Assembly: GCA_040755335.1 (NCBI GenBank)
Contig: JBFMAU010000002.1
Location: 1-52,321, forward strand
Direction of reading: 5' to 3'
DNA: 52,321 nt
Source: Acidobacteriota bacterium
Lineage (GTDB): Bacteria; Acidobacteriota; Blastocatellia; UBA7656
This document shows, one piece after another, positions 33,381-45,018 of the stretch (the first letter of the stretch is position 1; the number at the start of each line of letters is the position of its first letter). The notes under the pieces were generated by a model. It was given only the letters and a program-made list of their open reading frames with translations. It ran no database searches and was not told the origin of the DNA. The translations under genes and the position numbers were made by a program.

Positions 33381-35105
33381 TCAGTTTGCCGCAAGCTTTA
33401 CGCGAAGAGTTTCTACTACATCATCAATCGCCACGTCTTCCGATGCGCGGGTCGAGCGCGTGAACAATTCGACTTTGCCTTCCTTGATCTTCTTGCCGAC
33501 CGTTATCCGAAACGGCACGCCTATCAAATCTGCGTCGTTGAATTTCACCCCCGCTCGCTCGTCTCGATCATCGAGCAACGCTTCGATCCCTGCCGTTTCC
33601 ATCTCGCGGTAAAGCCGCTCTGCAACGTCGCTCATCGCCTGATCCTTGATGTTGACGGGAGTGATGATCGCATGAAAAGGCGCTATCGATGCGGGCCAGA
33701 TGATCCCCGCGTCGTCATTGTACAACTCGACTGCCGCAGCCATCAGTCGCTCGACTCCTATCCCATAGCTTCCCATCACTATCGGGGCTTCCGTCCCTTC
33801 GGCAGTCAACACTCGCGCGCCCATGCTCTCGGAATACTTCGTGCCTAGTTTGAATATGTGACCCACCTCTACCGCCTTGAACACGTCTATCACGCCGTCG
33901 CATTGCGGACATCCTTCGCCCGCGGCGACCGAACGAAGGCTCGCCCAGCGGTCTACTTTGATGTCGCGACCCATCGCGACTCCGCGCAGGTGGAAATCAT
34001 CCTTGTTCGCGCCCGTAGTCATGTTGCTGCGGCCTCGGAGGGATTCTTCGGCAATGATCAGCTTGATGTGACGATGCGTCTTCGAATCTATCCCCACGGC
34101 TCCGAGCGAGCCTGCCGAAGCGCCCAACGCCGAGCGTATCTCTTCCGGGTGCGCGGGACGCACTCTTATCGCGGCAGTCGCATCGATGAGTTTCGTTTCA
34201 TTGAGTTCGTGATCGCCTCGCATCAACACGAGCGCCAATTTGTCATCGAGCGAATAGACCAGAGTTTTTATCTGACGATCCGCCGCCGCGCCTCCGGGAA
34301 AAGCGGTAAGGTCTGAAATGGTGCGGACGCCGGGAGTCGGAAATTCTTCAGGAGCCGCAGGGCCTTCTTCGTCAGCGACGGCGGCGATGCGCGATGTGGC
34401 TTTTTCGACGTTTGCAGCGTAGCCGCATTTTTCGCACACGGCTATGAGGTCTTCGCCCGCTTCCGTTCTCACCATGAATTCCGTCGATTGGCTCCCGCCC
34501 ATCGCGCCCGAACTCGCTTCGACCGAAGTGTATTTCAAACCGCAGCGCGTGAATATGCGACAGTAAGCGTCGTACTGATCCTGAAAAGCTTTATCCAGCC
34601 CCGCGCGGTCTGTGTCGAACGAGTAAGCGTCTTTCATAGTAAACTCGCGCACGCGAAGCAGCCCCGATTTGGGCCGCGCCTCGTCGCGAAACTTGGTCTG
34701 AATCTGATACCACACCTGTGGAAGCTGACGATAAGAGTTGATCGCATTGCGCGAGATGATCGCGAATATCTCTTCGTGCGTCATACCCAGACACATATCC
34801 GCGCCTCGTCGGTCGCGCAGGCGAAACATGTTATCGCCCATCACTTCCCATCGGCCCGATTCTTTCCACGCCTCGCCGGGATGAATCGCGGGCAGATGGA
34901 ATTCCTGCGCGCCGATTCGATTCATCTCCTCGCGAATTATCTGCATGACTTTGAGCCTGACGCGCTGGGCGAGCGGCAGGATTGAATAAACGCCTGCGGT
35001 GAGTTGACGAATGAACCCGGCGCGAACGAGCAGCCGATGGCTTGCGACCTCGGCATCAGCCGGGTCTTCGCGCAACGTCGGGACGAACAGATTAGACCAT
35101 CTCAT
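33381..35105 (-). CDS. proS: Proline--tRNA ligase (bacterial type with editing insertion)
   Basis: [35 protein letters not shown]..., class II motifs, about 574 aa. ATG 35105 lies after AGGAGAA. Confidence 0.95.
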   Translation of the reverse strand: MRWSNLFVPTLREDPADAEVASHRLLVRAGFIRQLTAGVYSILPLAQRVRLKVMQIIREEMNRIGAQEFHLPAIHPGEAWKESGRWEVMGDNMFRLRDRRGADMCLGMTHEEIFAIISRNAINSYRQLPQVWYQIQTKFRDEARPKSGLLRVREFTMKDAYSFDTDRAGLDKAFQDQYDAYCRIFTRCGLKYTSVEASSGAMGGSQSTEFMVRTEAGEDLIAVCEKCGYAANVEKATSRIAAVADEEGPAAPEEFPTPGVRTISDLTAFPGGAAADRQIKTLVYSLDDKLALVLMRGDHELNETKLIDATAAIRVRPAHPEEIRSALGASAGSLGAVGIDSKTHRHIKLIIAEESLRGRSNMTTGANKDDFHLRGVAMGRDIKVDRWASLRSVAAGEGCPQCDGVIDVFKAVEVGHIFKLGTKYSESMGARVLTAEGTEAPIVMGSYGIGVERLMAAAVELYNDDAGIIWPASIAPFHAIITPVNIKDQAMSDVAERLYREMETAGIEALLDDRDERAGVKFNDADLIGVPFRITVGKKIKEGKVELFTRSTRASEDVAIDDVVETLRVKLAAN

Positions 35106-35178
35106 CAGCGATTCTCCTATGTCAGGAAACTTCAATGTAATGGAATCAGCAAAAGTAGCAAGCGAAAAAGTTGACTGT

Positions 35179-35190
35179 CAAGCATGCTTG
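35179..35190. promoter_or_regulatory. Perfect 12-bp palindrome CAAGCATGCTTG (candidate operator) in the proS-guaB divergent region
   Basis: Read directly from the sequence. Overlaps the putative -35 of the guaB promoter. Confidence 0.4.
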
Positions 35191-35217
35191 CAAACCGACG
35201 CAGCCCTTTGATAGCAT
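35188..35217 (+). promoter_or_regulatory. Candidate guaB promoter (TTGCAA-18 nt-TAGCAT)
   Basis: -35 at 35188-93, -10 at 35212-17, about 100 nt upstream of ATG 35318. Confidence 0.35.
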
Positions 35218-35308
35218 CCCGTGCTGGGGTCGAAAGAATCCAGCATCTTTCTTAAAAGCTCCACGAGGAGCTATGTGATTAACGCGCCCTCGCGCGCAAA
35301 GCAGTTGA

Positions 35309-38137
<2,829 letters not shown>

Positions 38138-38152
38138 GATGAGACAAAAGCG

Positions 38153-38173
38153 AAAAGGCGCAAACGCCTTTTA
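38153..38173 (+). terminator. Intrinsic terminator after guaB
   Basis: AAAAGGCG-caaa-CGCCTTTT followed by AT. Confidence 0.75.
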
Positions 38174-38210
38174 TAGCGGCATTCGGATGGGCAAACAGGA
38201 TTTAGTTCTT

Positions 38211-38246
38211 CTCTGCGCAACCTCTGCGTCTCCGCGTCTCTGCGTC
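38211..38246 (+). repeat. Short tandem units CTCTGCG (7-8 nt) x4
   Basis: ctctgcgcaacctctgcgtctccgcgtctctgcgtc. Confidence 0.7.
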
Positions 38247-38290
38247 AGGAACCCTTTTCTTTGTTCATGCATTCGCAAACGGTTATAACC

Positions 38291-39046
38291 ATGAATTTCG
38301 ATGTGAAGAAAACCTGGAATGCCTGCGGCGCGGCCTTCGACCGTTTCACTTCGGCTGAGGATTCCTTCTCGGAAAATATCGAGTGGCCCGCGGTCTCGGA
38401 TATGATCGGCTCGCTCGAAGATCAGCGCGCTATAGATCTCGGCTGCGGGTCGGGAATTTATTCGTTGCGATTCGCCGAACGCGGAGCCGATGTCACTGCA
38501 TTCGATCTTTCGGAGGTGATGATATCGCTTGCGCGCGAGAAAGCGCAGGAGCGAGGATTGAACATAGATTTTCAGGTGGCCGACATAAGCCGCCCTCTTG
38601 CTTTCGACCGCGATCAATTCGATCTCGTGTTCACCGCAACCGCTTTGCATTACATCGAAGACCTTGAAAGTTTTTTTTCAGAAGCGGCGCGAGTGCTAAA
38701 ACCCGGAGGGCGCTTGATCGCCAGCGTGCTGCACCCCATCTCGACTGCCTTGTTTGCTCAATCCGATGGCGAAAGCGTTCAGGGGCATCCGGTTTATTTC
38801 GGCTCGCGCGTGAGGAGGATAGAAACTCCCTGGCTTGAGTTCGGAGAAGTGTCGGGCGAAGGCCGCGAGATCACCTCCTTTCATCACACCGTTGCGGATT
38901 ATTTCAACGCGATCAGATCGGCAGGTTTGAATGTCATAGAAATGCGCGAGCCTCATCCGTCGAAAGAGTTCGCCGCAAGAAATGCCGCGCGTTACGAAGA
39001 AGCCCTTCGCGTGCCTGTCTATCTTATCTTCAAAGCCGCTTTCTGA
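38291..39046 (+). CDS. Class I SAM-dependent methyltransferase
   Basis: Motif I AIDLGCGSGIYS, post-I DLSEVM, LKPGGRL. The start is uncertain (ATG 38291, ATG 38267 or TTG 38261). Confidence 0.8.
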   Translation: MNFDVKKTWNACGAAFDRFTSAEDSFSENIEWPAVSDMIGSLEDQRAIDLGCGSGIYSLRFAERGADVTAFDLSEVMISLAREKAQERGLNIDFQVADISRPLAFDRDQFDLVFTATALHYIEDLESFFSEAARVLKPGGRLIASVLHPISTALFAQSDGESVQGHPVYFGSRVRRIETPWLEFGEVSGEGREITSFHHTVADYFNAIRSAGLNVIEMREPHPSKEFAARNAARYEEALRVPVYLIFKAAF

Positions 39047-39047
39047 A

Positions 39048-39108
39048 CCGATCAATCGCTGATTCGATCAATCGCTGATTCGATCAATCGCTGATTCGAT
39101 CAATCGTG
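39048..39108. repeat. 16-nt tandem repeat GATTCGATCAATCGCT, about 3.8 copies
   Basis: ccgatcaatcgct gattcgatcaatcgct gattcgatcaatcgct gattcgatcaatcgtg. Lies between the convergent ends of two ORFs. Confidence 0.9.
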
Positions 39109-39690
39109 GCCCACCATCACGAATGCCGACCAGTAGTAAGGATGCCTGTAAGCAAGGACGCTGGAGCGGATCATATCCAGCCTTGCGCGCCGCAGCGCAT
39201 CGGAGTTTTTTTCTCCCTTGCGCAGATGACGATAAAACCTCTTCATGAACTCAGCCGTCGAAGAGTCCTGCACATCCCAAAGGCTGACGACCACCGAGCG
39301 CGCGCCCGCGTACAAAAAAGCCCGCGTCAATCCGACTATGCCCTCGCCGCGACTGGGGGCTGAGGAAGTGGCGCAGATCGATCCGGGCTTCTGCCAGAAG
39401 GTCGAGGAAAGCGCGGGCGCGCGAACGCTCGGCGTAATCGAAAGCGCGAGCGTCGAAGCCGGAAAGAGGCGACTCACGGTGCAACCTATAGAGCAGAGAG
39501 ACGGCCTGCTCGAATGCGTCCCCGCGCGATTGCCAGTAGCCGAGTTTGCGGTCTTCGGTCAGGGCTTCGAGCCTCACTCCCTCCAGCCCCCGCGCGCAAA
39601 CTCGCCAATCGTCGCAAAAATCCTGCGCCTCCGAGTATCTTGCCCCCTCACTCAACGCGGTCTTACAATAATTGCACGCTGTAGTTAAAC
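39100..39690 (-). pseudogene. Decayed CHAT-domain (caspase-like) protein gene: a pre-CHAT segment and the C-terminal end in different frames, with the core deleted
   Basis: One frame gives ...AFDYAERSRARAFLDLLAEA. The other gives ...SRGEGIVGLTRAFLYAGARSVVVSLWDVQDSSTAEFMKRFY...HPYYWSAFVMVGHD, a typical CHAT C-terminus. The ~200 aa that normally lie between them are missing. Confidence 0.6.
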
Positions 39691-39723
39691 GGCATCGAAC
39701 TTGCACACGGAGAGACCGACCCC

Positions 39724-40710
39724 ATGGCAAGCAAGCGAGCAACGATAATTTTCAATCCTGCCTCGGGGCAAAGCGGGCGCCGCGCCGAAGACGCTCAACT
39801 TATGGCGCGATTGCTCAAGGAGAGAGGCATCGAAACCAATACTTGCGCTACGCGAGGCCCGAATGATGCCACCCGAATCGCCCGCGAGGTCGTGTCTGAA
39901 GGCGTTGACATAATCGTAAGCTACGGAGGCGACGGCACGCTCAACGAAGTGATTCAAGCGATGGCAAATACTCAGACGCAACTCGCTGTATGGGCAGGCG
40001 GAACCGCCAATGTCGTCGCCGTCGATCTGGAAATGCCAAAAGATATCAACGAACTCGCAGACGTAATAGCCGCAGGTCGACAAAAGCGTATCTCGCTCGG
40101 CGTCGCTCGCGCAGGCGGAGGAGAATGGGAGGGCGAAAGCACGGAGGCTTCTTCCTCCACTCCCCCACTCCCCCACTCCCCTACTCCTTCTTCCGCCCAC
40201 TCCCTCACTCAGCAATCCGGTCGCTACTTCTTCATGTTCGCGGGCATAGGGCTTGACGCTTCGATAGCCCGCAGCGTCAACCACCGGCTCAAGCGACGAG
40301 CGGGCGAGATGGCTTACTGGTTGGCAGGATTCCGTCACCTTTTCACCTGGGAGCCGGAAAATTTCACCCTCGATATCGATGGACATAAGTACGATGCCGT
40401 CTTCGCCCTCGTCGGCAAAGGCAAAGGATACGGCGGCGGCTTTCACGTCACTCCCAATGCTCGATTGGAAGACCCCTGGTTCGAGGTCTACATAGTCCCG
40501 CGTCGCTCGACGAATTTCGCTTACCTCGCCGATCTCGCGCGCTGCTTCCGCGGCGCTCGGCCTCGCGAGGGGGTCAAGCTCGTTCGCGGTCGTCACATCG
40601 AAGCCAACTCGACGGAAAACCCCTGGGTCGAAGTCGACGGCGAAGTGATAGGAAGATTGCCGATGATCTTCGACGTAGCGCCCGACGCGCTGTCGATCAT
40701 AGTTCCGTAA
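39724..40710 (+). CDS. Diacylglycerol/lipid kinase family protein (YegS/BmrU-like)
   Basis: IIFNPASG...DIIVSYGGDGTLNEV...GGTANVVA...FMFAGIGLDA. Contains a ~30-aa low-complexity insert (see the repeat at 40115-40212). Confidence 0.85.
   Translation: MASKRATIIFNPASGQSGRRAEDAQLMARLLKERGIETNTCATRGPNDATRIAREVVSEGVDIIVSYGGDGTLNEVIQAMANTQTQLAVWAGGTANVVAVDLEMPKDINELADVIAAGRQKRISLGVARAGGGEWEGESTEASSSTPPLPHSPTPSSAHSLTQQSGRYFFMFAGIGLDASIARSVNHRLKRRAGEMAYWLAGFRHLFTWEPENFTLDIDGHKYDAVFALVGKGKGYGGGFHVTPNARLEDPWFEVYIVPRRSTNFAYLADLARCFRGARPREGVKLVRGRHIEANSTENPWVEVDGEVIGRLPMIFDVAPDALSIIVP
40115..40212 (+). repeat. In-frame intragenic copy of the GGGAG/CTCCCAC palindromic short-unit element
   Basis: ggaggagaatgggaggg...tccactcccccactcccccactcccctactcc, encoding AGGGEWEGESTEASSSTPPLPHSPTPSSAHSLTQ. 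Same unit family as 5527-5550 and 6223-6280. Confidence 0.7.
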
Positions 40711-40764
40711 TTCGCATTGAAAGGATGATAAACCGGGAGCGCGAGTCAATAACCGAATGCACGC

Positions 40765-40804
40765 ATTCTGACTTCAGACTCCAGACTCGCGACTCCAGAC
40801 TTTT
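40765..40804 (+). repeat. (GACTCCA)n leader repeat, copy 4
   Basis: ATTCTGACTTCAGACTCCAGACTCGCGACTCCAGACTTTT, then CTAAGGAG and ATG 40821. Confidence 0.8.
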
Positions 40805-40820
40805 CTAAGGAGTATCGAAT

Positions 40821-42002
40821 ATGCGCGCTACGATTTCTTTTCTCGCAATTTTAGTTCTCGCCTCGTCGGCTATAGCTCAGTCACCGGCGGCTGATCTCGA
40901 CCGCTTGAGAGTCGAAGGATTCGATGCCGTCTACAACCTCGATTACAAGTCGGCGCGCGAGCGGTTTCTCCAGATGACCCGTCTTGCACCCGATCACCCG
41001 GCAGGCTACCTCTATCTCGCAAACAACCTCTGGCTCGATTACCTCAACTCCACCCGCAGGCTTTCGACTTCGCTCTACACGGGGCAATCCTTTTACCAGC
41101 AGGACAAAGAAGAAGACGCCTCCGATATCCGTCGGGATCGCGAATTTGGCAACCTCATCCGTCAGGCGATTCTCGTCGCTCAGGAGCGATTGAAAAAAAA
41201 TCCCTCTGACGCGGAAGCCCTCTATTATCAAGCCTCCGCGCTCGGCATTCGCGCAGGCTACTACGTCACCGTGAAGCGCAGTTTTCGCCGCGCCATCGGA
41301 GACGCCAACGAATCGGTCGTGCTTCATCGCAAAGTCATAAAGCACGATCCCGATTATGTCGACTCATACCTCAGCATTGGGCTTTACGAATACGTCATCG
41401 ATTCGCTGCCGTGGGTGTGGAGGACTCTTGCGCGGCTTGCGGGGCTAAAGGGGTCGAAGAAGGAAGGCATCCGTCATCTTGAAATGGTCGTCGAGCGCGG
41501 CAAGTACGCTCCGGACGATGCGCGGGTCGTTTTGATAGGGCTTTACAGCAAAGAAGGGCGGACGGATCGCGCGCTTGAGATGATAAGCCAGCTTTCCGCC
41601 AGGTACCCTCGCAATTATCTGTTCGCAATCGAGCGCGCGGGATTGTTTTATCGCGCGGGCCGCGCCGATGAAGGCAGCCGCGTTTACGGCGATCTGCTCA
41701 AGGATGCCGTGGTGGCGCAGATAGCGACCGATCTGGTGAATTATCAGTGGGGCGAATCCCTTATGGCAAAAGGCGATTATCCATCGGCGCTCGAAAAATA
41801 CAATGCCGTAAAGCAGTGGAAGCAATCCGCCCCCGATCTGGTCTCGCTTGCGCACCTTCACGCGGCGCAATCGCTCGACGCAATGGGCAAACGCGCGGAA
41901 GCAGTGGCCGAGTATCAGGCGGTTCTCAAACGCGAAAATGTTTTCGATTCGCACAAGCGGGCCAATGAGTATGTGAAAAAACCGTTCGCGCCTGCAAGTT
42001 GA
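40821..42002 (+). CDS. Secreted TPR-like repeat protein
   Basis: Signal peptide MRATISFLAILVLASSAIAQ and helical-repeat composition (e.g. AEALYYQASALG, GDYPSALEKY). Confidence 0.65.
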   Translation: MRATISFLAILVLASSAIAQSPAADLDRLRVEGFDAVYNLDYKSARERFLQMTRLAPDHPAGYLYLANNLWLDYLNSTRRLSTSLYTGQSFYQQDKEEDASDIRRDREFGNLIRQAILVAQERLKKNPSDAEALYYQASALGIRAGYYVTVKRSFRRAIGDANESVVLHRKVIKHDPDYVDSYLSIGLYEYVIDSLPWVWRTLARLAGLKGSKKEGIRHLEMVVERGKYAPDDARVVLIGLYSKEGRTDRALEMISQLSARYPRNYLFAIERAGLFYRAGRADEGSRVYGDLLKDAVVAQIATDLVNYQWGESLMAKGDYPSALEKYNAVKQWKQSAPDLVSLAHLHAAQSLDAMGKRAEAVAEYQAVLKRENVFDSHKRANEYVKKPFAPAS

Positions 42003-42057
42003 TCAGGCGAAACTGTCGGCGATCAGTCGCGTCATTTTAAGGATAGGCTTTTTACTT

Positions 42058-42702
42058 TCATCCAGCCACAGGCATTTTGAATGGTAGCATGGGAGTTTCG
42101 TAGTGCGCTGATCGCCCCAGTTCGTCACCCCACTGAGACCAACCAAGCTTTGTGTGTCGCGCAAACAATTCCAGATACGGGCCAGGACTGCACGATTCGA
42201 TAATTTTGTAAAGCTCATCGGGTTTTCTCGAATGCTCGCGCTTCCGGCTTACGATAACATTAACCTGTCTACGGCCAGATTCCAAAGTGCGATTATTTTT
42301 CCCGCGCACTCCAAATAAAACCATTTCAGTTACGTTGCGAAAATAGAAACCAACGCCACGCCCATCCGGTCCACCATCTTTACGCACCTTGTACCAAACG
42401 AGGTTCGTCTTGTAAGTGAATCCCCAACGCTCCATTACTTCCAATCCTTCTTTGACCAGAGCGTTGGGTACCCACAGATAAAGGTGGCTCTGGGGCATTG
42501 CAAGTTGCGCGACCGGCAATTCCATAATTTCCTGAAGCGTCATTGTGCCGTATCGTGACAGGCGCTTATGCTCTGGGGCCATCTTGCCGGTGCGGTTAGT
42601 AAAACGCCAGGGCGGATCGGCCAGGATTGTGCGGAAATGACCGAGGTTGCGTGATAGCAAATCCTCAGCAGCACTCAGTTGAAAGCCATTATCTTGTTTC
42701 AT
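42058..42702 (-). CDS. MT-A70-family N6-adenine DNA methyltransferase (type II R-M, M subunit)
   Basis: ADPPWRF catalytic motif, ...HSRKPDELYKIIE...LELFARH..GW..WG. Start taken at ATG 42702, which overlaps the R-gene stop (ATGA). The track ORF extends to 42753. Confidence 0.8.
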   Translation of the reverse strand: MKQDNGFQLSAAEDLLSRNLGHFRTILADPPWRFTNRTGKMAPEHKRLSRYGTMTLQEIMELPVAQLAMPQSHLYLWVPNALVKEGLEVMERWGFTYKTNLVWYKVRKDGGPDGRGVGFYFRNVTEMVLFGVRGKNNRTLESGRRQVNVIVSRKREHSRKPDELYKIIESCSPGPYLELFARHTKLGWSQWGDELGRSAHYETPMLPFKMPVAG

Positions 42703-43289
42703 AAGTCCTCGATCAGAAGCCTGCGCGAAATTCCAAAAACTAAAATTGGGCAACCTCCGCCGCCGCCGCCTTCGATTCTTGGAAGCAATCTACTCATGTG
42801 CGTGGTCGATTGTCCATAGGACTTGCCTCTGCCAAGCTCATCGAATATATCTTGCAGTTCATCGCATCGAGTGATAATGACGCCGACGCTTATGGCTCGA
42901 AGCTCATGCAGGAGGCGAAAATTGTTCAAATCCCTATCGAAAAAAGGATCCTTGTTGTTCCATTCTACTTCGAGGGCCACCCGATTCTTATAGCAATCAA
43001 CTTTATGAGTCGGAGAAACTATCTCTGTTTCGTCGACAACCATCTTGGTGTCAAACTTTTTTTCTTCCCACCCCAGCCCATAAAACGCGCTATCCAGCAT
43101 ACCTGATATAGGTGACTTACGCCCGCCAGGTGTGGCTATGGCTCGTTTGCTCAACCGAAAATCTGTCAACACCCCAACGATATCTCGCCATTCACCCGGA
43201 AAGTCATTGTTGAGTATGGCACAAGCATGCTTCCATTCGTGTACTTCGTAGTTTTCACGAAGAAACTCAGGTAATAGCTCTACTGTCAT
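42699..43289 (-). CDS. BamHI/BglII-fold type II restriction endonuclease
   Basis: HKVDCYKNRVALEVEWNNKD...ISVGVIITRC resembles the D-x(n)-E-x-E core (BamHI RVGMEFETGN, BglII TLVEVQFSN). First gene of the R-then-M operon. Confidence 0.65.
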   Translation of the reverse strand: MTVELLPEFLRENYEVHEWKHACAILNNDFPGEWRDIVGVLTDFRLSKRAIATPGGRKSPISGMLDSAFYGLGWEEKKFDTKMVVDETEIVSPTHKVDCYKNRVALEVEWNNKDPFFDRDLNNFRLLHELRAISVGVIITRCDELQDIFDELGRGKSYGQSTTHMSRLLPRIEGGGGGGCPILVFGISRRLLIEDL

Positions 43290-43328
43290 TCCAAGTCACC
43301 AGTAACGCAAGCAAACTCTGAGTAGTTG

Positions 43329-43356
43329 ATTTTAGCAAGCAACATAATTCGTTCAA
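43329..43356 (-). promoter_or_regulatory. Candidate promoter of the R-M operon (TTGAAC-16 nt-TAAAAT)
   Basis: Minus-strand hexamers at 43351-56 and 43329-34. Embedded in three TTGCTTG direct repeats. Confidence 0.45.
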
Positions 43357-43426
43357 GCAAGCTTGTGATTGACCTTCTGTGCCGACTTTTTTCACAAAAC
43401 ATATTTACCCATCACAGCCCTGCGCT

Positions 43427-44716
43427 TCAACGGAAAAACTCGGCGATCAGATGAGTCATCTCCTCCGCGACTTCCGCAGGGAAGCACACCCGGTCTATGC
43501 GATAGCCCCGCATGCCGCGAACGACTCCTGACACCTCGCTGATCTCGCGTATCGCCGAAAGCGGCCCTTCCGTTTCGATGTAGATCAGACTCTTTCCATC
43601 GACATCGACGGGCGAGTAATAACCGTAGTAAGGCACGTCCGAAGCGCGATCCATTATCAGATAATAATGAGGATCGAATCCACGGCGCGCGATTATTTCA
43701 CTTGCGCGAGAGACGAAATCTTCATAGCGGTCTTCCATCACGGGGATGTCTATCGCCTTGAAGAGCTTTCTATCGATGAAGCGGCGCGCAATATCCGCCA
43801 GCAGCGGGTCGCTCTCTCGCGTCCACTGCTTGAGGTGAAACACCACGTCCGTATCGTCCATCTGCAAATACTCGCTAGTAGTCACACTCTGGCCGCAGAG
43901 CATCTTCTCGAATGCAGAACCGGGAAGGCGAAAGCAGGACTCGCCTCGCTCGATCAGGCACCTCGCTCGCTTGAGCGTCGAGACAAGCACCGCTTCGGCT
44001 GATCGCAGAGTGCGATGAAAATAAACCTGACGGAACATGTAATAACGCGCCTGCAAATACTCTTCGACCGCGTAAAGCCCTTTCGCTTCGACGTAGATTC
44101 GATCCGCGCTCTCGTCTATCTTGAGCGCGTGCAGCACCCATTCGAGGTCATAGATTCCGTACTTGGCTCCGGTCATGAGGCTGTCGCGCAGCAGATAATC
44201 CATGCGGTCGCAATCGAGTTGCGATGATACGAGTTGCGATATGAAAGCGGGCGTATACTCGTGACGATAGAGCGCAGCGAGTTTTTCAGGAAGCGCGGAG
44301 TCGAACTGGCGAAGCGCGCAGTTGACCTCCGTTTCAGGGTCGAGGACTATACTCCGAGACCAGTCTTCGTGATGAAAGCGGAAAACTTTTTCTATGACGT
44401 GAGAAAACGGCCCGTGTCCTAAATCGTGCAGAAGCGCCGCCGCTCGGCCCACTACCCTCGCTTCGTCGCTTACGTGCTGATGCGCGCCGAGGAGTTTCAG
44501 GGTGCGCGTCATAAGATGCATAACGCCAAGGGAGTGAGTGAAGCGGCTATGCTCCGCGCCCTGATAGGTGAACATCGCCAGACCAAGTTGCTTGATGCGG
44601 CGGAGCCGCTGAAACTCTGCCGTATCGATTAGATCGACTATGAGACGGTCGTCTTCTACGGTCTCGTCGAGCGAGATTATGTTATGCAAAGGGTCGCGAT
44701 AATTTCTCTGAGGCAA
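43427..44716 (-). CDS. HD-domain phosphohydrolase, SAMHD1/EF1143-like (COG1078-type dNTP triphosphohydrolase candidate)
   Basis: DPLHNIISL...[11 protein letters not shown]...[13 protein letters not shown]...[12 protein letters not shown]. Start proposed at TTG 44716 after GAGGTGA. The track ORF runs about 93 codons further upstream with no Met. Confidence 0.8.
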   Translation of the reverse strand: MPQRNYRDPLHNIISLDETVEDDRLIVDLIDTAEFQRLRRIKQLGLAMFTYQGAEHSRFTHSLGVMHLMTRTLKLLGAHQHVSDEARVVGRAAALLHDLGHGPFSHVIEKVFRFHHEDWSRSIVLDPETEVNCALRQFDSALPEKLAALYRHEYTPAFISQLVSSQLDCDRMDYLLRDSLMTGAKYGIYDLEWVLHALKIDESADRIYVEAKGLYAVEEYLQARYYMFRQVYFHRTLRSAEAVLVSTLKRARCLIERGESCFRLPGSAFEKMLCGQSVTTSEYLQMDDTDVVFHLKQWTRESDPLLADIARRFIDRKLFKAIDIPVMEDRYEDFVSRASEIIARRGFDPHYYLIMDRASDVPYYGYYSPVDVDGKSLIYIETEGPLSAIREISEVSGVVRGMRGYRIDRVCFPAEVAEEMTHLIAEFFR

Positions 44717-44832
44717 GGCGTCACCTCTCTGTTTGAAAAAGCCTCCGTCGTCAGATATTACCACATCAATCACAAAGCTATGGTCGCAACTCCGCGCGTG
44801 TTTCGATATAATCGTCCGTTCGCAAAAGCGAT

Positions 44833-44920
44833 GCGGCGCGATCCAAGATTGCGCCGCGCATGGAAAATATGAAAGCGCGCGTCGAATAGTGGTCAGTCGA
44901 AAACTGATCGGCGCGCGGGT
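44833..44920 (+). promoter_or_regulatory. Leader motif relative, copy D
   Basis: GGCGCGATC-caa-GATTGCGCC hairpin, GGAAAATATGAAAG core, then CGCGCG...CGCGCG hairpin enclosing AGTGGTCAGT. Lies about 100 nt upstream of ATG 45019. Confidence 0.45.
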
Positions 44921-45018
44921 GTTCCGGCTCCTGCTTGCGCGGGGGCGGTTGCATCCAGCACAATAACGAGGTGTGGCAAAGCGCCCACAACTCAATCAAA
45001 CAATCAGCGAGGACTATA

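Noticed and set aside
39048-39108. Possible CRISPR array
   Set aside because: The 16-nt units are directly contiguous with no spacers, the repeat is too short, and no cas genes are present. It is a simple tandem repeat.
42003-42218. 71-aa minus-strand ORF at the 3' end of the methylase gene
   Set aside because: It overlaps the methyltransferase C-terminus in another frame and has no RBS or motifs.
42766-42779. (GGC)n tract in the restriction endonuclease gene (EGGGGGGC) as a phase-variation switch
   Set aside because: It is a trinucleotide repeat, so slippage would keep the frame. It is short (4-5 units). There is no evidence for on/off switching.
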